Part shown: positions 59,570-64,000 of the stretch, in pieces
Position numbering within the stretch: the first letter of the stretch is position 1
Layout of the letters: each line of letters begins with the position of its first letter
Source: an uncultured Gemmatimonadales bacterium
GTDB taxonomy: Bacteria > Gemmatimonadota > Gemmatimonadetes > Gemmatimonadales > GWC2-71-9
DNA length: 64,000 nucleotides
NCBI GenBank assembly: GCA_963825055.1
Contig: CAWGSK010000015.1
Span: forward strand, 1-64,000
Direction of reading: 5' to 3'
Notes under the pieces: generated by a model
Told to the model about the DNA's origin: nothing
Databases searched by the model: none
What the model saw: only the letters and a program-made list of their open reading frames with translations
Program-made: the position numbers and the translations under genes

Positions 59570-60988
59570 CAACATCACTTCCGGGCGGCAGGATGGCACC
59601 TTGCCGCGGTCCTCGCCCTGGCCGGCTGCGGCGGGGGTGGCCACCCCGACGTGATCGCCTTTCAGGCCGTCACCCTCATCGACGGCACCGGCGCCGCTCC
59701 GCGTTCGTCCATGACGGTCGTGACGGAAGGGAACCGGATCACTGCCGTCGGACCGAAAGATTCCGTCAGGATTCCCCGAGGTGCGCAGGTCGTAGACGCA
59801 TCCGGGAAGTATCTCGTCCCCGGTCTCTGGGATATGCACGTCCACCTCTCCAAGGCCAAGGCGGAGGCGCTTCCGGTGCTGGTTGCCAACGGCGTCACCT
59901 CGGTCCGCGACATGGGAGGTGACCTGGACGAGCTCCGCGGGTGGCAGCGGGCCATCAGGGCGGGTGAGATCGTCGGGCCAAGGATAAAGATGGCTGGCCC
60001 CATGCTGGAGGCACCGGCTACCGTGAAGAGGCTGGCCGCGAGCAAGACCCACGAGAAGTGGCTTGTGACACGGGTTCCCATTCCCGACACGGCGTCGGCG
60101 AGCCGGGTGGTGGATTCGCTCACGGCGCTCGGCGTGGATTTCATCAAGATCAGGGAAGCGGCGTCAAACGAGACCTATGCCGCTGTTGTGAGAGCGGCAC
60201 ATCGCCGTGGAATGATGGTCGTCGGCCACGCACCGTACGGGATGGATCCCGTGAAGGGCGCCTCCCTCGGCGTGGCCAGTTTCGAGCACGCTTCCTACCC
60301 CTATCCGCTCGACACGGTTCCCGCTCGACGGAAAGAAATCCTCGACGCCTTCGTATCCAATCACGTCGTCATCGTGCCGACCCTCGTGGCGTGGTGGACG
60401 CACCTCATGGACGAGGATTCCGTCCGTGTGCTCGTGGAGGACAGCACCGGTGCCAGGGATCCCAGGCGGCGGCTGATCTCGGGTTTCCTGGCGTATGAAT
60501 GGCAGGTGGATGTCGACAAGGCGAAACGGAAGAACAACGCGACCATGCTCGGCTGGAGAGGGTTCTTCTTCACTCAGGCCCGCGATCTCCAGGCCATGCA
60601 TGAGGCCGGTGTACCCATGCTTCCGGGCAGCGATCTCGCGGGGCCGCCACTGTTCCCCGGCTACTCCCTCCACGATGAGCTCGAGAACCTCGTGCGATAC
60701 GTCGGCCTCACGCCGATGGAGGCCATCGAGAGCGCGACCCGGCAACCGGCCGACTTCTTCGGGATGGAGGACTCGCTGGGCACGGTCGAGCCCGGCAAGC
60801 TGGCGGACCTGGTGCTCCTGAGCGCCAATCCGCTGGAAGACATCGGGAACACCAGACGGATCGCCGGTGTGGTGCTGAATGGCCGCTACATCGACCGGGA
60901 AGAGATACGTGGGCTGCTGGAGGGGCTTACGCCGGAAACCACGGGGAACATCACGCTGGAGCAGGCGGTGGATTCAACCGGGCACTAG
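59558..60988 (+). CDS. Amidohydrolase-family (lipo)protein
   Basis: ALAGC; PGLWDMHVH, NGVTSVRDMG, DFIK, VGH, EH, GSD, LHDEL, G..E.GKLADLV. Confidence 0.9.
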   Translation: MLFLQHHFRAAGWHLAAVLALAGCGGGGHPDVIAFQAVTLIDGTGAAPRSSMTVVTEGNRITAVGPKDSVRIPRGAQVVDASGKYLVPGLWDMHVHLSKAKAEALPVLVANGVTSVRDMGGDLDELRGWQRAIRAGEIVGPRIKMAGPMLEAPATVKRLAASKTHEKWLVTRVPIPDTASASRVVDSLTALGVDFIKIREAASNETYAAVVRAAHRRGMMVVGHAPYGMDPVKGASLGVASFEHASYPYPLDTVPARRKEILDAFVSNHVVIVPTLVAWWTHLMDEDSVRVLVEDSTGARDPRRRLISGFLAYEWQVDVDKAKRKNNATMLGWRGFFFTQARDLQAMHEAGVPMLPGSDLAGPPLFPGYSLHDELENLVRYVGLTPMEAIESATRQPADFFGMEDSLGTVEPGKLADLVLLSANPLEDIGNTRRIAGVVLNGRYIDREEIRGLLEGLTPETTGNITLEQAVDSTGH

Positions 60989-61002
60989 TCCGGCTCCTGT
61001 GG

Positions 61003-61458
61003 TCACGGGCGGGTCAGGCGTGACAGCACCCGGTCCAGCGCATCAGCAAACGCCTGCTTCGCCCTGGAATCGTAGGTTGGCGGGCCGCCGGTTACGATGC
61101 CGGCCATCCGGGCCTGCTCCATGAAGTCCCGCATGCTGAGCCGCTCACCGATCGTCTCAGCCGTATGTTCCTCGCCCCTCGGGTCCAGCACCGCGATGCC
61201 ACGGGGCACCAGCTGGGCCGCCAGCGGAATGTCCTGGGTGACCACCAGGTCTCCCGCCTCGGCGTGGTCGGCGATGTGCTGGTCGGCCACGTCCGCGCCA
61301 CCGTCCACCCACACCGTGCTCACGAAGGGATTGCCGGGCGGGGCCTGGAGGCGCAGGTTGGCCACGAGCAGGGTCTCCAGCTTGAGCCGTTTCGCGGCCC
61401 GGAAGACGAGTTCCTTGACGTCGCGGGGCGCGGCGTCGGCGTCGATCCAGATCTTCAC
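61003..61458 (-). CDS. YaiI/YqxD (UPF0178) family protein
   Basis: IWIDADA.P, DVAD, VVTQDIPLA, RLSMRDFM, TGGP. Confidence 0.92.
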   Translation of the reverse strand: MKIWIDADAAPRDVKELVFRAAKRLKLETLLVANLRLQAPPGNPFVSTVWVDGGADVADQHIADHAEAGDLVVTQDIPLAAQLVPRGIAVLDPRGEEHTAETIGERLSMRDFMEQARMAGIVTGGPPTYDSRAKQAFADALDRVLSRLTRP

Positions 61459-62141
61459 GACCCCACCACGTTCAGCCTGTGCAGGAATGCCTCGCCGGCC
61501 TGGAGAATGACGATCTCCCGGGTACCGGATACCCGTCGGAGGTGGCGCAGCGCGAGCATGTGGTCGAGCAGGGCCGCGCCCAGGGCGCCGGCCAGGTGCA
61601 TCCGGCGTTCGCTCCAGTCGAGGCAGGGCCGGCAGAGCTTCCGCCGGGAAGACCGCAGGGTGGCCAGGTCAATGCCGAAGTTCCCACACCACCTCTCGCC
61701 ACGGGGGGTGAGCGCCAGCGATCCGTCCTCCTGTTCGACCAGTCCCTTCTTTTCCAGCTGGTCCAGCAACCGGACCGCCACTTCGCCAGCGAGGTGGTCG
61801 TAGCAGACCCGGATCCGCCTCATCTGCTCACTCCGCGGGCCCGGGCGCCTGGTGCGGGATGGCCCCGGCGGAGCGATACACATCAATCCCTCGATGGCGC
61901 CGGCCACTTCGGGGCTCGCGATCCGGAAATACCGGTGGCGGCCCTGGCGGGTAATGCTCACGAGGCCGGCGGACGTCAGCCGGGTCAGGTGGCTGCTGGC
62001 CGTGGAGGCCGATACGCCACCCTCCAGCGACAACTCGGTGGCGGTCAGGGCCCGTCCCTCCATCAGGGCGGAGAGCATCCGCACGCGGGTAGGGTCTCCC
62101 AGCAGGGTCGCGACCCGGGCAATATCAGGGGTGTCGGGCAT
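61455..62141 (-). CDS. ArsR/SmtB-family transcriptional regulator (long form)
   Basis: LGDPTR..ML, TATEL, STASSHL, QGRHRYF, CYDHLAG, CLDWSERR.HLAG. Confidence 0.9.
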   Translation of the reverse strand: MPDTPDIARVATLLGDPTRVRMLSALMEGRALTATELSLEGGVSASTASSHLTRLTSAGLVSITRQGRHRYFRIASPEVAGAIEGLMCIAPPGPSRTRRPGPRSEQMRRIRVCYDHLAGEVAVRLLDQLEKKGLVEQEDGSLALTPRGERWCGNFGIDLATLRSSRRKLCRPCLDWSERRMHLAGALGAALLDHMLALRHLRRVSGTREIVILQAGEAFLHRLNVVGS

Positions 62142-62176
62142 ATTTCGATGTTAGTCAAAGCATAGCAGACGCGCAA
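62142..62176 (-). promoter_or_regulatory. Putative leaderless sigma70 promoter of the ArsR gene
   Basis: Minus strand TTGCGC-17-TAACAT-6-ATG. Confidence 0.55.
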
Positions 62177-62235
62177 TCGGTAGCTTCCCGGACGTTTCGT
62201 CAGGTCATCGAACCGCTACCGGGGAGGATGCTGGA

Positions 62236-62724
62236 ATGGCAGGTCGCACGCACGAACACGAAGCGCTGGTCACCTGGACCGGAAACACCGGTTCCGGCAC
62301 CGCTACCTATGCCGGGTACGGCCGGTCCTGGCGTACAGCCGTCCCGGGAAAACCGGACCTGGATGGCTCGGCCGAACCGCTTTTTCGGGGTGACCCGGCG
62401 CGATACAACCCCGAAGATCTCCTGCTCATCTCGGTTTCCTCCTGCCATATGCTGAGCTACCTCGCGCTCTGCGCCCGCCACGGGGTGACAGTCCTGTCCT
62501 ACGAGGATGATGCGAAGGGCAGGATGTCGTTCGGTGGGGACGGCGGGGGGCGGTTCGAGGAGGTCGTGCTTCACCCGAAGGTGACCCTCGACAGTGGGGC
62601 CGATGCCGCGCTCGCCGCCAGGCTGCACGAGCGGGCGCACGAACTGTGCTTCATCGCCAACTCGTGCCGGATGCCGATCCGGGTGGAGGCGACCATCCGG
62701 GCTGCGGCGACGGAGGCCGCATGA
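62236..62724 (+). CDS. OsmC/Ohr-family protein
   Basis: W.GN.G.GT..Y, FRGD...NPE.LL, SSCHML.YL, AHE.CFIANS. Confidence 0.9.
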   Translation: MAGRTHEHEALVTWTGNTGSGTATYAGYGRSWRTAVPGKPDLDGSAEPLFRGDPARYNPEDLLLISVSSCHMLSYLALCARHGVTVLSYEDDAKGRMSFGGDGGGRFEEVVLHPKVTLDSGADAALAARLHERAHELCFIANSCRMPIRVEATIRAAATEAA

Positions 62725-63104
62725 AGGACCTGTCGATCCGGCTCGAACATCGGCCGGGGGCCCTGGCGGAGATGGGCGAAGCCCTGGGGCAGGCCGGGGT
62801 GAGTGTGGAAGGCGGGGGCGCCTTTGCCACCGATGGGCATGGGATGGCGCATTTCCTCGTCGAGGACGAGGTGGCGGCGCGACGTGCGCTGGGAGAGGCG
62901 GGCATCGTGGTGCAGGCGGTGAGGGAGGTCGTGCAGCTCCGGCTGGACCAGGGTACGCCCGGCCAGTTAGGCCTGATCTCGCGCCGGATGGCCGAGGCGG
63001 GGGTGAGTATCGAGGCGCTGTACACCGACCACGCGCAGCGCCTGACGCTGGTGGTGGATGATCTCGGTGCTGCCCGGAGGGTGGCCGGTCAGTGGAAGCA
63101 GTAA
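62721..63104 (+). CDS. Tandem ACT-domain protein
   Basis: Start MKDL after GGAGG; LEHRPGALA...LG.AGVS.E; second unit PGQLG.I.R..AEAGV.I. Confidence 0.8.
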   Translation: MKDLSIRLEHRPGALAEMGEALGQAGVSVEGGGAFATDGHGMAHFLVEDEVAARRALGEAGIVVQAVREVVQLRLDQGTPGQLGLISRRMAEAGVSIEALYTDHAQRLTLVVDDLGAARRVAGQWKQ

Positions 63105-63152
63105 GGAGTGCTTCCGCTCATCGCTCCGGCCGTGCCGCGGCCGGCGCGTCAC

Positions 63153-63908
63153 TCAATCGTCGATGGTCCACGATCCCGATACGGTGACGCTCACGGAAAT
63201 ACTCGGCTCAATGACTTCCGAGCCCTGGGTTGGGGCTGCTGTCAGGATGGAGCCGTAGGGATACGGACGAGATTCCCCGGTAACGAGGCTCCGCACCTGT
63301 CCCAGGCGGTGACCGCTCGCCTCCGCGATGATCCCCGCTTCCGATTGTGCGCGTCGCGTGGCTTCCCGAAGCAGTTCTTCCCGGATTTTGTCGGTCTGCG
63401 TGGCCTGGTAGCGGAGATTGAACTCGAGGATACCCTGCACCAGCAGTGAGTCGATCGCGGAGCCTACCCTGCTCATGTCGTGAATCCGGATATCCATGGC
63501 ATCGTGGTAGCGGTAGGTCGTATCCTGGAAGCACCGCTGCCCGCTCGGGACTTCCGTCGTGCGCTCGCACCGGTTCGCGGGAATCGGCACGACCTTTCCG
63601 CGCCACCACCAGTTCCACTGGCTGCTTCGTCCGGTGGGCATGGAGTCCCGTGCAATTCCCAGTGAGCCCATGGCCGTGCGGAGCCTGGCGGCGATGGCGG
63701 CCGCGTTGGAGCCGGCCTCGAGCGGGCTGTCGCCAGTGGCGGAAAACTGGAGCGTGATGATCGCGAGGTCGGGCCGGATGGAGCGGCTGGCGGTGGCGCT
63801 GGTCCGAATGAGCGGCTGCTGGCCGGCTTCATTGTCTTGGCCATACGCCACCGTAGTCGTGCCCAGTACGGCGGTCACGACGAGCACTCCTGCTCCCGGC
63901 ATTCGCAT
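63153..63908 (-). CDS. SIMPL (DUF541) domain secreted protein
   Basis: Signal peptide; PDLA.I, ID.L...G, L.EA..RA...A..IA.ASG..LG.V, ISVSVTV.W. Confidence 0.85.
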   Translation of the reverse strand: MRMPGAGVLVVTAVLGTTTVAYGQDNEAGQQPLIRTSATASRSIRPDLAIITLQFSATGDSPLEAGSNAAAIAARLRTAMGSLGIARDSMPTGRSSQWNWWWRGKVVPIPANRCERTTEVPSGQRCFQDTTYRYHDAMDIRIHDMSRVGSAIDSLLVQGILEFNLRYQATQTDKIREELLREATRRAQSEAGIIAEASGHRLGQVRSLVTGESRPYPYGSILTAAPTQGSEVIEPSISVSVTVSGSWTIDD

Positions 63909-64000
63909 TCGGTCTCCGATTCGTCGACGGTAGACCGTTGCAGGATTAGGTCAGGGTAGGAGTGTGCCTGCGGGGGGAAATTCCGCAAGGGGAGAGTCGA

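Noticed and set aside
48200..64000. Genomic island or prophage
   Set aside because: Mixed singleton genes, but no integrase, transposase, phage gene, tRNA or att-like repeat.

Overview
GC-rich bacterial chromosomal window with about 54 protein-coding genes and no rRNA, tRNA, CRISPR array, integrase or transposase that I can recognise. The gene content (several Hanks-type Ser/Thr kinases with TPRs, an ECF-sigma/kinase pair, a carotenoid cluster) suggests a Gemmatimonadota-like genome, which is an inference. Main blocks in order: a PadR regulator with a strong palindromic operator; a frameshifted YcbB-type L,D-transpeptidase; an SBP56/methanethiol-oxidase-like gene coupled to a His-rich membrane protein; ECF sigma plus Ser/Thr kinase; a 2875-aa cyclic beta-1,2-glucan synthase; a 12.6-kb glycan operon (HEAT lipoprotein, GT4, six GT2 genes, Wzm/Wzt, GT-C); two DAACS symporters around gluQ; tkt-tal; a CarH-like B12 photoreceptor with crtI-crtB, split from an acyltransferase by an antisense kinase; an HNH nuclease; then a run of mixed singleton genes. 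The most unusual signal is a dispersed set of 7-, 8- and 9-bp tandem-repeat arrays. They often occur as inverted arm pairs, often touch or supply stop codons, and sit in-frame inside three enzymes (GluQ, CrtI, acyltransferase). Frameshifts in two conserved genes may be assembly indels. All product calls come from motifs read by eye, not from database searches.
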